Position numbers and translations under genes: made by a program
Shown: positions 1 through 14,229 of the stretch, one piece after another
Numbering within the stretch: position 1 is the stretch's first letter
Layout of the letters: every line of letters starts with the position of its first letter
Source of the DNA: the human T2T-CHM13v2.0 reference genome, Homo sapiens
Length of the DNA: 64,000 nucleotides
Assembly (NCBI RefSeq): GCF_009914755.1
Contig: NC_060942.1
Direction: 5' to 3' (one strand)
Notes under the pieces: generated by a model
Databases searched by the model: none
The model's input: only the letters and a program-made list of their open reading frames with translations
What the model was told of the DNA's origin: nothing

Positions 1-1229
1 TTTTCTTATTCTACAGTGAAAGTCCAATATTTTTAATGATTCCAAATGTAATTTTTAAAAATATATTTAAAGCACAGTGTTTAACTCAAATTTGTAGTTG
101 TCTTACTTTCACTGAGAAGCAACATTTTATTATCCTAAGAAAAGAAATTGTAGGCATTTACTTTGATACAGTTCAAGGCCAGAAAAGAAAGGAGAGTGAT
201 CTGACTTTCCACACTGTAGGACGTAGGCCAATAGAGCTACCCACAACCATATATCCCAATATATTAGTCAACTCATAAAAATTATTCAACTCATCAACAA
301 AAGTGCTCACCAACGCCAACTGATAAATTTGTCATGTGAGAAAAATCACTGGGATCATCTTTCCTCCTGGTGCATTGTGAATTTTTCCCTAGGATTTTAG
401 AAAGTACCCTCTTCAAGTACTGATAGAATTATCATATAGCGAAAGTAGACATTAATTGAAATCTCATAAATATATTCCATTTTTGGCATGACATTTTTTA
501 ATAAAAGATTAATAAAGCTACCCATAAGTATCCAGAAAAACTAGCTCTGTATGTTTTCCAAACCTAGCTTATTTTGTTTCTTTTTAATTATATTTTTAAA
601 TATGTCACTTACTGACAGTATTCAAGAAAAAGTAGCGACCAGTATGAAAAAACTTTTACCTGGATCACCATAGCATTTTGTGTATTTTATACTAAATACA
701 AGTATCATCTTTAAAATATGTTATTTGGTAGTCATTTGGTAGCTACAGGGTAAAATTAAGTGTAATTTTCCCAGCTCAGCTTTTCACAACTTGCTACTAA
801 GATAAGAGAACTGGCAAAGCATGGAAAGTGATTACCAACATTTCCATGATTGGCAGGATGTTACAGCTCTGTTCAGTGTTCCTCGGGTGGCTGGCTTTTG
901 GTTTAACCCAGCTGATGGAGTGCTCATGCTCTATTTCCCCACAGTTGCCACCAGGCTTACTCTTCTTTAGGAAGTCAAGTTCACTGCCAAGCAGAAAATG
1001 AGGAATCCATCTTGCTCTATGTGGGTACAGCTACTTCTCCATACCCATCAGCAATTTTCCTTTACTCTCAGTTGAAGAGTAAAACTTCCAGAGAGTAAAT
1101 TTTTTATGAAATAAGCATAGGAAGTAATATTGACATATTGCATTACAATAGTAGTCCTCATAAGTAATGAGCTTTTGGTGGTGACAAGAATAAGAGAAGC
1201 TCTGAGAAGAGTGCCCGTTTTTTCTTTTT

Positions 1230-2900
1230 TTTTTTTAATTCCCTTGTTCAGAATAAAAAAAAGATTTAGAAACTGGGAACTGACAATCTTATCATAGTCC
1301 AGTAGAGCTTACACTTGATAAAATCCTAATAATAGACATTAAAATTATGCTAATAGCTGTGCATATTAACTGGATGTCTGGCCAAACCTCTGCAAGGGGA
1401 TTTTCATTCAGCAATGAAATGTCGAGAAAAAGAGATGAAAGCCAAAATAAATAGTTTGTCCATTGGCATGTGGTGAGTCTCGACAAAAGCACCTATCTGA
1501 AGATGAGAAAACAAAACAACAATAACCACAAAATAAACAACAAAGGAACCTGTGTAAGGACACAGGAGAAAAGAAGTGGCAATCATCATCCTAAAAGTAG
1601 AGAAGATAATACCAAGAACAAGAAATAATAATATTAAAACGAAATTACAATCGCTTTTGTAGACACATAGGGTACAAAAAATGCATGAATTCTATGATGC
1701 ACATGTGAAAGGAGCATGACAACAGGCTGGTGTGGATATAAAACAGGATGAATTGAAATGGGCAACTGCTGAGAAAAGTAGGATTAGCAGAAAACTCAAA
1801 TGCAATGAAAGTGTAAATGCATATTAAGAGCAGCAGACAGTAAAATTGATTAAAAAATCAAATCAGTGATGAAACGAAAACTTCAATTATTTTTCCAGAA
1901 TGCAACAAAAATGACCAAGAGATTTAAAGAAGGGGACACAAGGAAAAAATAAGGTAATAAATGTGGAAGACAAAGTATAGAAGAATAACTTAGGTGTCTT
2001 AAGAAGGGAAAACCAATTTGTACATAAGTAAAATCTGAAACAAACAAGCAAACAAAAATATGAGTAAGTCAACTGAAAAGTCACACTACCATGTTACACA
2101 TTAAATCAATGAAGAGTCCCACACCTAGACACCCTTGGCAAAATTTTGAATTAAATGGTGAAAGAAAAATATTAAAAGAACACCCGAAAAACTGGCTGCC
2201 TTCATATTTTTCCTCTGCACTAAAGTGCCAGAAAATGTTGGCATATTATCCAAAATGTTTTTAAAGGAAAAGGCTATAATCAAAGAATTTCTTAAGTAGC
2301 TAAATCGTCTTTCATTTGTGAAGCTAACAAAAGACATCCTCTCATAGGCAAAATGTGCAAAATATATGAATCACCTGTCCATCTTAGAAACAAATAATGT
2401 AAAGGTATATTTCAGATCAGACAACAATCAGAATTAGGAATTTAAGAAGGTGTAAATAGTGGTACATACAGTAGAGATGAATTTGCATTTATTTTCCCCT
2501 TCTACAGAAAATGACAAGAGAAACTTATTAGAAATATGGACAAAGATTTAAGCATAAAGAAATGCATTATAGTATAATTATAGCATAACTGTTAAAATCA
2601 CTGAATATTCAGCAATAGAATAACATGCAACAGGGTAAGTTTATGCTTAATTCTAATGGTAGGGTTTAATTTTATAATGAAATATTTACTAAGAAGCAGA
2701 GTATGAAAGAAATAATCCATGAATTAACAGTGTAAAGAAAAAGCCCATGTAACTTTTATCTGTAACATTTTATATCTTTAAAAAGAGATCTGAAGTAAAT
2801 ATTAGAAATATTGCTTTTTGAAATTTAGGGGTAATGGATACATAAGTCTAATTGTTATTGTACTATATGTAGTTTCTGTCATTTGTTTTTCAAAAGAAAA
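1230..2900 (+). mobile_element. Ancient, highly decayed L1M/HAL1-like fragment (ORF1-like region followed by L1ME-like 3' end)
   Basis: Strongly A-rich plus strand with L1M ORF1-like phrases (e.g. ...cccacacctagacacccttggcaaaatttt...) and an L1ME-type 3' end near 2790-2900; no intact ORF; boundaries approximate. Confidence 0.55.
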
Positions 2901-3571
2901 AAGATCATAGGCAATAGATTGTAAGAAAAATTTATGAAACTTGTTATATTTGGATACTGATACTATGGTTCTTTGTTTCTCTCACTACTTGATACTTTTC
3001 ATTAGTTTTTTCATACTCCCTACAGAAAGAAATACACTCTCAAAAATGAAAAAAAAAATCCATCATAGTATATTAGAAAAAACAGGCTTAGAAATAAGAC
3101 CATTTCAAAACATCCTAATACCCACCAATTATTAGTTAAATGAAACTTAATCTCCTTACCTATCAATTTTTTCACTTATAAAATAGAAGCATTAATTTCT
3201 GCTTTCTACAATTATTATGAGGATTAAGTAATAATTGTAGCAATACATCTTTGAAGCAATACATCTCAATGAGAAAGATTTCTTTGAATGACTATCTTTT
3301 TTTGAGAGAGAAATTACTTTAACTGTAGATTGGTTTGGTCTGTGGCTCAGAAGCAGAACAACTGTTCTTTCAGTTATAGTTGTGGTTAAGCCAATGAATG
3401 AAGCTCTCCTTAACAGAGAGCATTGCCATTTTACTGGGAAGACAGAGTAAAACATCAATTTCATTCTGTGACTTTGGCCATATTAAGGAGAGCAATAAGG
3501 GCAGAAGCTGAAATTTTATTGTAGAGGGGGGAGCCCTTGCTTATTCATTAAGGTGGGACAGGGTCAAGTAC

Positions 3572-3613
3572 AAAAAAAAAAAAAAAAAAAAAAAAAAGAA
3601 AGAAAGAAAGAAA
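3572..3613 (+). repeat. Poly(A) run followed by (GAAA)n
   Basis: Directly visible ~26-nt A run followed by four GAAA units. Confidence 0.95.
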
Positions 3614-3699
3614 ATAAACAATCAATAGAGGAAGCGGGCAGTGAGGTGTTCTAACTTGTCTGGGCAGGCAAGTGGCCAGATCCAGAGAGGCAGCAAGTA

Positions 3700-4060
3700 A
3701 CTATCTAGTCATCCAAAGCAGGTCTTCTTTGTCCCCAAAACTCAGCTGGACTACATTTCCCAGCCTTTCTGGCAGTGGGATTTGCCAACTCAGCTTAGTT
3801 GGACTGAGCTCTGGCTAATAGAATATACATAGAATGATGTGCATTTCAAAACGATGTGCTTCCAAGCATGATCCTTTATTATCTTTCCTTTCACTAACTT
3901 AATGCAGATATCCACAGCAACACTTGAGGGCAAATGTTGATAACAGGAGAACCACAGATGGAAGGAGCTTGGCCCTGATTATTGCAGAGACAAGGCATTT
4001 CTACCAAGGAGCACTCACTTTGGGTTTTCCATGAGTGCAAAATAAACTTTTACATTATAA
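3700..4060 (+). mobile_element. MaLR solo LTR fragment (MLT1 family)
   Basis: Motifs gactacatttcccagcc and ...gatggaaggagcttgg...aataaacttt resemble the MLT1F-H consensus. Confidence 0.6.
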
Positions 4061-4064
4061 TGGC

Positions 4065-5095
4065 TAAACTGCCCTAACGAATCCAGGCTTCCTCATACCT
4101 GAAAGCAGCAAGGCGAGTGTGATATTTTGTATGTGTGTGTATGTGTGTGTGTTTTCACCCACAATTCTTGGCTTGTAACTCCCATAGACCTTGCTACAGT
4201 AAACAGAACAGCTCAGACATTTTCCTGCCCTCCTTTCACCTGCCCATGACAGGACTCTAATCATAATATGCGTCATAAGACCCTTATCCAAGACAGAGTT
4301 CTACCCCATAAGCTGGAGGAAAAAAATGCTACACAATGAATCCCAGAAGGATCTAAACAGATAAGCCTGGCTGGGTTTAGATGAAACCCTTTTTGTCTAA
4401 TCACATTTCTACATGGCTATCTATGCTTCAATCATGCCTATCCAATTAAGTCTCCATAAAAAGGCTCAAGAGGGTTCAGGAGAGCTGAACATGTGGGGTC
4501 TCATAGGACACTGAATAGGAACTCATCCACATGTGGGGAGGGTGGCGCACCCCAACTCCATGAGGACAGACACTCCTGCACTTAGAACCTTTCCTGATCT
4601 CACCCTATGGATCTCTTCATCTGGTGGTTTATTTGTATCCTTAAAATATCCTTTGTAATAAATTAGTAAAGTATTTCCCTGAGTTCTGTGAGCTCCTCTA
4701 GAAAATTAATCAAACCCAAAGAGGGGGTCATGGGAAACTCATTTTCAATGAGTTTTCAATGAACCCAAATCTTCAAATTGGGAAACTCAATTTGAAGATG
4801 GTTGGTCAGAATTTCCAGAGACCTGGAGTGTGACTGATGTCTAATGATGTCTAAAGGGGTCAGTTTTGGGGACTGAGCCCCCGTCTGTGGGATCTGGCAG
4901 TATCCTCAGGTAGATAGTGTTGGAATTGAACTGGGGGACACCCAGTTGGTGTCCACTGCAGAATTAATTGCTCACTTGATAGTGGGGAGAAACTTTCCGC
5001 CCAGATTTAGTCACAGAAATCTTGTGTTGACTATCACGTTGAGTGAAATAATAGGAAAAAGTACTTTCGAGTGCATCTGAGTTTCTCCAAACAGT
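4065..5095 (+). mobile_element. MER21-family LTR
   Basis: Diagnostic MER21 stretch: tttccctgagttctgtgagc...ttggtcagaa...gggactgagccc...gtgggatctg...caggtagatagtgt...gaattgaa...ggacacccagttggtgtc. Confidence 0.75.
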
Positions 5096-5439
5096 GAAGA
5101 TACAAAGAATGAGGGCCAAAAACCCGTGAGTACAATTATAGAGATCAAACATAACGGGAGCCCTCACAAGGGTCTCAGAAACAAATGATTTTGAATCAGG
5201 GCAGTAGAATGTGAGGAAGGTATTGGTGCATAGCAGCAGACATGGAGCGAAGATTTGTTGATTTAATTGTCTTGCATTGATCTTAAGACAGCATTAGCAG
5301 CAAAGACAGAACTGGAAATCAAAGGAAGTGTTATGTGAGATCTTATTTCATTGGCATAGAAATATGTCCTCATGGTCCCCATTATTTCAGAAACAAATGA
5401 AGAAGCTATACAACACTGCCTTTGATTCCATATTTCCCT

Positions 5440-6320
5440 TGTAGTTACCATGCAGTTTCACCGTTCTTCTCTCCAGCCAAACCTCAGGATAGAGGAAATT
5501 GTTTACAAATGCCATTTCCCATCATTTCTCCAGGAAATGATTCCTCATCACATGCCGACACGGTATCTGCTACTACCATTCCACTACAACCTTTCCTGCA
5601 AAGGTGACCAATGACCTTTATAAAGGCAAATCCAGGAGAAAGTGTTCAGACCTCAAGTTTCTTTCTTTCTGTCTCATTTTTTTTTTTTTTTTGTATAATG
5701 GAGAGAATTGTAGTGCATTCTTGATAGATTTGTTATAAGGATCAAATGAGATAATGCAGTATTGGTTAGATTGATGATGCCTGGCACATACTAAAAGCTC
5801 TATTACTTTTATTACATTTTCATGCTTTTACCCTTTTTATTAGTTTTGTGTTATGCTTTTTGTTAAAAGATATTTAACAAAATATCTTTTGGCCACACTG
5901 GATTTCTCTCTGCTACTTGATGGGCAAAGTTTTATTCATTCCCCTTGCCCCCACCTTGACACCGTCTGTATGTTCTTTTTTTTCAGCTTGAAATGTTTAT
6001 TCCAATCTCCTTGACTGTTTTCTTTTTATCCTTCACTTTGAAGAGGTTTTTTTTTTTATTACTACCTTACCTAAAGTAGATCCTCATTTTAATTTTTTAT
6101 GGTGTCCCGTTTTTCTTTTCCTTCATGGCACATAAAACAATTTGTAATTGTTTTGAAACACACACACTCACATCCTTCTATTTAGTGCTTTTCTCTCTCC
6201 TTGAACTATAGGCTTTATGAAGTTAAGGTCTATGGAGGTTTTGTTCACCTAGGACCTAACACAGTGCCAGGAACATATTAGGTTGTCAATAAATATTTAT
6301 TTATGAAGAATGAATAAATT
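5440..6320 (+). mobile_element. L2 fragments with MIR fragment (~5720-5800)
   Basis: L2 3' end motif ...cctaacacagtgccaggaacatattagg...caataaatatttat...aatgaataaat; MIR motif aggatcaaatgagataatgca. Confidence 0.6.
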
Positions 6321-8613
6321 AAGTAATGTAAGTGCTTTTAGTACTGGGTTACATTTCAAAGACTATATAGTCAGTGATGTAGAGAGGAAGAAGTAGGCAA
6401 CAGACAGCACTTTATATGAATGCATTAATAGAATGTAAACATTTAGTATTGAGGTATGTTAATTTTTTGTAGTAGTTAATAGCTAATTCATATTCAGATA
6501 ATTATGACGTTTTTATGTAACATAAAGTGTATGCATATAAGATTAAAGTTATCCTATAGTCTTCACAGAATCTTTGTTAGCTCTAGAAATGGTTTCTGCT
6601 TAAAATGATAAAAGCTTCTTGAAGCTAAATCTCAAAATGATGCCTAGGACAAAGAAATGAAAAAGTAAATGTTCCACACACTGATTAATTAATTAATTAG
6701 TTAACAGTTTCCTTGAAGTGGTTAGGTAGCTGTAATTGCTACATTTCTAAGTGACTTGTCTCTAATTCCACAGTTTGATGGAAGCAATTCTGCCAAGTGA
6801 AATTGGCTGCAATTTCTGGCTAAGCTCAGCTTACTTTGATATTTTTGGCTTTTCCCCAAAATATTTATAGTTTTCTTTTCACATCCAGTGATTTACTATT
6901 CAACCATGGTTCACAGAGGTTAAAAGCACCAACCTTGGTACATATACAGTGTTGCTGTCACTGTCTTGAACAAAATGTTTTCATTCCATGGGTATGGCAA
7001 AGAATTGCCAAGCATCAATTACATGCCCTCTCCTACTGTCATTCCAAACCTATTTTTACTGAGAGTATATTATATACCAGATATTAGAGATGACTTTAGT
7101 GGGGTCATGGAGAGAGGGATAACAAATGTGTCTCCATGGCACACAAAGACTTTGCTACTTTTTAAAATGGCTTACACTACAGACGCCTCCCGACTGCCTC
7201 TTGAGTTGTTGATTCTATGGCATTAAGAGAGAAGAGTCCAGAATGTTTCTGGTATATTACATGAAAAATTAAGTAGCACTGTGATTACCACTATTGATTA
7301 AAATAGGAAATTCTCTCCCAAAGGATATATATCTGTCTTAGGGAGTATAATGGGAATTGTGTGATAAAAGATCACCTTTACGAGATAAGAGCCTTGAGGT
7401 GAGGGATTACATTTCAACTGAACACAATATCAACAGGTTTAGGTCTGCTATGGACATGTACATGTAGTCCCTCAAACAAGGAATTGCAAGAATGATGAAG
7501 ATTGTCTTTGTATGCGCCCCCTTCCCTTTTGCGATCTTCTCTCAACCCATTTCCTTTGCCCAAGAGATTCACAGTACCCAGATACGTCTCTCTCTCTATC
7601 AAAAGCCTGAACAATCTGTCGTGCAGACACTTAAAATACATCCTCCCCATTGTCGTCATCTTCTATCTTGGGATTTTCCATCCTGTTAAATAGTAAACAG
7701 GATGGAAAATGTTAAAAAACAACAGTTGACTAGTCAGTTAACGGGCTGTCTAGGTTATAAGTCCCAATCCTAAGTGGAGAGGGAAAAATGAAGATTCCTA
7801 ATGCCAAATCTTTATTTTATTCTAATCCTTAAATTTCTCTTCTATTTTCTATCAATACTAACAGCTTAAGTTTCTTTTGCCCATTTGTTTCATGTGTCCC
7901 ACAGTAGCAATCTAGACCTTTTAAAAAATAGATTAGGAATCTATTATATTCCACTAATTTTTTTATCTCATTACCCCTTTCAAAGTTATAATCTATTTAT
8001 TGCTTATCTCTCCTCATTTCCATTTATTTTCTAATGAATCACATCCAAGCTCTTTTTATTCAATTGCTGATCGCAAACTATACTTCCCAGTTTAAAATTT
8101 TTAAAGATGGTTAAACATCTCCCCTCATTCATTTGTTCACTTAGTAATTCATTCACTTAATATTTTTGGGGCATTGGTGTGCCGGAAACTAGAGTTGGTG
8201 CTGGGGATGTCATAACTCTGATCCTATTCTAGTGAGTGAAGGAGTTCATAAAGTGTAGAGTATTAATAATAAAAAAGAGAAGGCAAACATTGACCTGGTT
8301 TGAGATTTTTTTAAAACCAAGTAAGAAGTCAGAATACATTTTAAACTTAAAAGAGGTGCATGGATATTTGAGCAACTGCAATGTCAGTTAATTCATATTG
8401 GTGAATTCCTGTGCAATCTTGCTTACGTTGAAAGAGAAAGTTTTGTTCTATTTTGTTTTGTTTTCTTGTTATAAGTATATAAAGGGGAGAAAGAGAAAGC
8501 AGCAGCCGTAAATTTCCTGTCTCATAAAAAAAAAAAAAATCCAGTATCCTGCACTAACATGGTTAGATTGGTGGATTGAAGTTTAGGCTTCCAAACAAAA
8601 AATCTCTACCATT

Positions 8614-9037
<424 letters not shown>

Positions 9038-10081
9038 CTAGAGTGCAATACAGGATACCGATCTAAAGTCTTAGCCTGTCTTATGCCTGGTCTCCTGCTG
9101 ACAATAACAGCATGCCTCTGGGAGCCACATAACTACATCTATAGAAGAAACCAGGGAGTCATTCTGAAGGTCAAGGCCAGCAAACTCACAGAAACTATTG
9201 AGGAGCACGGCAGGGAATGATTGCAAGTTGATGGTGAGTGTGCTTTTCCAGGCATGTAGAAAGGTTTTAGTACTGCAGGTGCAATTACCACTTAGCAAAG
9301 AATCAGCACCCTCTTACTGAAATTAGAACACAAAATGAGTCAGGCTAGTGGACAAATTGCGGTACATGGCCCCGCTGTGTTAGTGACCTACATTCACTCT
9401 CCAAACTTAGTATGAAGCTGTTTTCTGGAGGTAGCAATTTAGTGGAAGGTGGCAAGGAAGATAATGCATTCAAGGGAGGAATAGGGAGCATTCAGCTTTA
9501 TGATATCTCTTCAGATGTCAAAAAGCCATTTGGGGATACAGTACAATCAACTTCCGTCTTTTAACTTTATATTATTGGGAGAAGTCAAGTGTGCAAGGAT
9601 GTGGGTGAGGAATTGGAGCCCCTATTAAGATAACAGGAAGGGCATGGCAGAGTAACACATTTAGAACTTTAAATGCCATTAAAAATGGGTGTGAGGAGCA
9701 TCTAAATGTTCAACACAGAAAATGAAAATGTCTAGTATCAAGAATGCATTTTATGAATAATATGATGTTAAATTTTTAATGGTTAGACTTATAAAGAGCT
9801 CATAAGTCCAGGAAATTTTTACTTTTCTTAGTCTTCATCTGAATTCCCTTATAAATGGAAATAAGCAGAAAAATTGATTACAAGAGAATTATAAAATGAA
9901 CTGTAGCTAGGAAAAATGATTAAAATTTTTTTGTCAATTGACTTGTTTACTTGTCTAGACCTTACATATATGCTTCTTCTATGTATAACATTTTGATTTT
10001 ATTCATTTTTATTTTGTGGGGCTAGGAGGTCTTATAACTAGTATGAACATAGGTACAAAATAAATGTAAAATGAAGATAAA

Positions 10082-10437
<356 letters not shown>

Positions 10438-10505
10438 TTAAAAATTGTTTACTACCACAAGGAAAAAATTAAAGTATATATTTCACCTAATTAAAAAATA
10501 ATTGG

Positions 10506-10760
<255 letters not shown>

Positions 10761-11375
10761 TAATTGATATTAACAGACTGATGATTTTCTGAAACTAGTC
10801 TATTTTTCAGAGCATGGAATAAGATTAAATTTTACCTGTTAAACTCATTCAATAAAGTCACTAAGCACCATTAAAAACCATTTTAGAGACCCTTTAAAAA
10901 TATTCTAGTCTTTTCTGATACTAAAAATTTAAAAACTCTTTTGAGAACAAGGAAATGTTGAGAAATGCGAGCAAGAGGTGTATTCAAGGGTCTATGACAG
11001 CAATTAAAAGGGCTCATTTTTATAACACATCTTTATTGATACTGTGCTCAGTTTTGACTTTAGAAATCTAGGCCTTAGGATGTCCACATCCACCAAGAAG
11101 GTCAACTTTTAAGAAGCAAAATATGGCAAACACTGTAAAATCCTCCAGGCTTTAATGAGCAGGGGCACTAAGAAAAAATATATGTGTATATATACACACA
11201 TACAATTTGGCTATGTATGAGATATGAGATCGGCTAGAGTTGCAAAATTTACAGCCTAATTTAGGGATCTTAAAGAGGGCAAAATCTGTGAGAAAATTAA
11301 AGAAATAACTCGAGTTAACTCTTTTAGGATACAAGTAGTGAGAGCTGGAGCAACTAGAAGAGAACAGAAGCTTGA

Positions 11376-11398
11376 ATGGTATGGTATGGTATGGTGTG

Positions 11399-11445
<47 letters not shown>
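11376..11445 (+). repeat. (TGGTA)n followed by (TG)n microsatellite
   Basis: Directly visible. Confidence 0.95.
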
Positions 11446-11446
<1 letters not shown>

Positions 11447-11921
11447 TGCTCTTTTTGTTGTTTCTTTACATTTGTGGTTGAAGTGTGAGCGTGTATATAC
11501 ATAGAGAAGATGGAGACCAGGGAGAAGGAGATACTGAAAACGAAAATAAAAATGCAAATAATTAAAGTCATACAATCCTGGAGGGCAAAGATGTAATGCT
11601 ATCAAGACCAGGGGTTGAAACATTCATGTTGTCTTGGGGGTGGAACAGTCTGCGGGCAGAGGTTGATCTTTCCTCAGACTAAGGGAGTCATCCTTCCTCT
11701 GCTCCTGGGAAGGGGTGGTAAGTCGGTTAGGGCAGTGTGCAGGATGGGGAGGAGCCTCAAAGGAAACAGGCATAAATACAGGGGAAGATTTGGAGTAGAG
11801 AGGAATGAGTTGATGAGGTTCATGTGTGATAATCTAAATTCTCTTTTTTCAAGAAGTCAGGGATGTTGAAACTGCCTCTTACTGTGGACTAGAATAAAGA
11901 ATCGATTTCCCCCCCACCCCC

Positions 11922-12214
11922 TTTTTTTTTTTTTTTTGAGATGGAGTCTCACTCTGTCCCCCAGGCTGGAATACAGTGGTATGATCTCGGCTCACTGCAG
12001 CTTCTACCTCCTGGGTTCAAGTGATTCTTGTGCCTCAGCCTCCTGAGTATCTGGGATTATAGGCACCTGCTACCCTGCTAGGCTAATTTTTGTATTTTTC
12101 AGTAGAGAGGGCGTTTCGCCATATTGGCCAGACTGGTCTCAAAATTCTGGCCTCAAGTGATCCGCCCACCTCCCAAAGTGTTGGGATTACAGGCAAGAGC
12201 CATCATGCCTGGTC
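11922..12214 (-). mobile_element. AluS, minus strand
   Basis: Poly-T then gagatggagtctcactctg...; degenerate TSD taaagaatcgattt / taaaggatcaattt. Confidence 0.95.
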
Positions 12215-13682
12215 TAAAGGATCAATTTTGATCTAACTAACTCATTGGCAATCTAAGAGACATAAGAGAGAGAGGCTAGTTAGATAAACACTAGATTTGT
12301 TTTCATTATTATTTATAACACTACTTTCTTCTTTGGTACATTTCATAAACTACATTGAGTTTTAAAGTCTTCCTCAACCTTATGATGTCTTTCATGTCCC
12401 CATAATTTATTTCAAACAATAAATCAGTACGTTAAGTGGAAAAAATATATTTGAGTTAATTTTTCAATGAAACATGTTCAAAGTGTAGGAGAAAAGAGAA
12501 GAAACTAATGTTTATTGCCTTTTTTTCAGTAGGAGAGATAAGATTCTGGACTAAATTAAAATGACAAAATATGATGAGAAAAAATATTAACTTGTTGGAG
12601 AATGCTTATTTTTAATAGGATATTTTAATAAATTGAAAAATAATTTCTTAAATGTGTATTGTTCAACTAACCCAAAAGTCATACGAATATATTTTACTCA
12701 TAAGAACTTGCCTGTCAAGAAGTTTAACTTGTCAAAAAGTTTAACTTCTTAAGTAATAGCTCTTAAAGTTTGTATTGTGTACATGCAAGTAACATCATTT
12801 GATCAAGTAATTTTTTATGTTTTAGATAAAAAGTATACATTTGTTTGAAATAATCCCAAATAGAGGTATATCTTCTAACACCTTCACTGTCAAGCAAAAA
12901 TTCTGATTTCTTAGAATAGTAAACTTATTTATGAACTGCCTCAATTTATAACTAGCTTTTAACAATTCAAATGCTCTTTCTTAGAAAATTTTGAGAATGA
13001 AAATTCTCTGTTATCCTTTTGTAATAAATGAAGAGATGCTGATATTGGCTAAGTAGTTTTCTTAAGGTTATACAATTACTTAGAATAAACAAAAATGTGG
13101 GAACTTTTGTTACTTTTTATTTAGTCCTTTATCCGTCTATTCATATCATGATTCTTGCTTATGTAATTACTTTGAATCCTTAGTAACTGTCTTTTTCTCA
13201 AGGAAATGTCTATGTCTCTTGGAGGACTCTGTAATAGTATAATAAACTTCAGTGGCTCATTGGTGAACTGAAATAGATCATTTTGCATATGTGGTGTTTT
13301 TCTACACTTGTGACTTGGAAACAAGAAGGGCCAGGTGTGGGGATATAAAGGAAGTTAGAAAATCATAATAGCATATGCTCTCAAAATTAATGAGGATCTC
13401 TTTTTTTTGGTCTCAGATTTGTACTAAACTTTTAAAACATTTTAAGCGAAATTTGTTGCTTTAAAGATAGTTTTTACAGACTTGTTTAAATTAAAAAAAA
13501 AAAAAAAAAAGCAATGCTTTACTTCAAGAGAAGCAGACCCAGTAGACTTTCAGAGGCCACCAGCTTGTAAGCTGTAACTGGGCCTAAGGCCAATTGACTT
13601 AGGGGCCTTCATTAGTCCTGTACTGGGAACACCCATGGTTAGAGGTAGTGGTGTGTAGTCACGAGACCCCTGACTATATACT

Positions 13683-14098
13683 TGCGTTTTAGTTTCCTAG
13701 GGGTCTTTTAACAAAGTACCACAAACTGAGTGACTGACAACAACAGAAATTTATTGTCTCATAGTTTTGGAGGCTAAAAGTCTGAGATTAAGTGCTGGCA
13801 GGGTTGCTTCCTTCTGAGGGATCTGGGGGGTGAGATCTGTTTTAGGCCTCTGTCCTTAGCTTGCAGATGGCCATTTCTCTATGTCTGCTGACATCACCTT
13901 TCCTTTGTGCGGGTTCCTGTGTCCAGTTCTCCTTTCTATAAAGTCACCAGTCACACAGGATTCGGGCCCACCCTAATGACCCCTCTTTAATGTTTTTAAC
14001 CTCAGCTAAAGACCTTATTTTCAAATAAGGTTATATTCTAAAGGTAAGGCTTGAACATATGAATTTAGGGTGTGGAGAATGAAATTCAATCCATAACA
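13683..14098 (-). mobile_element. MLT1 (A-C type) solo LTR
   Basis: ttagtttcctagg...acaaagtaccacaaactg...caacagaaatttattgtctcatag...aattcaatccataaca. Confidence 0.85.
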
Positions 14099-14229
14099 AC
14101 TTGATAATACTAGAAACACTGGCTTATGTCTATTATTCCAAGTTATCAAAGTGGCTTGAGAGAGGAAACAAAAACGCTGACATATAGAAGAGAGAGAGAG
14201 AGAGCGTGAGAAAGATTTTGAGATAAATC

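Noticed and set aside
9337-9343. Isolated AP-1 heptamers (TGAGTCA/TGACTCA) here and at several other positions
   Set aside because: The number seen is compatible with chance in 64 kb and they are not clustered
11152-11623. 139-aa and 89-aa ORFs with HT repeats
   Set aside because: Derived from the (TG)n microsatellite; no protein similarity recognised
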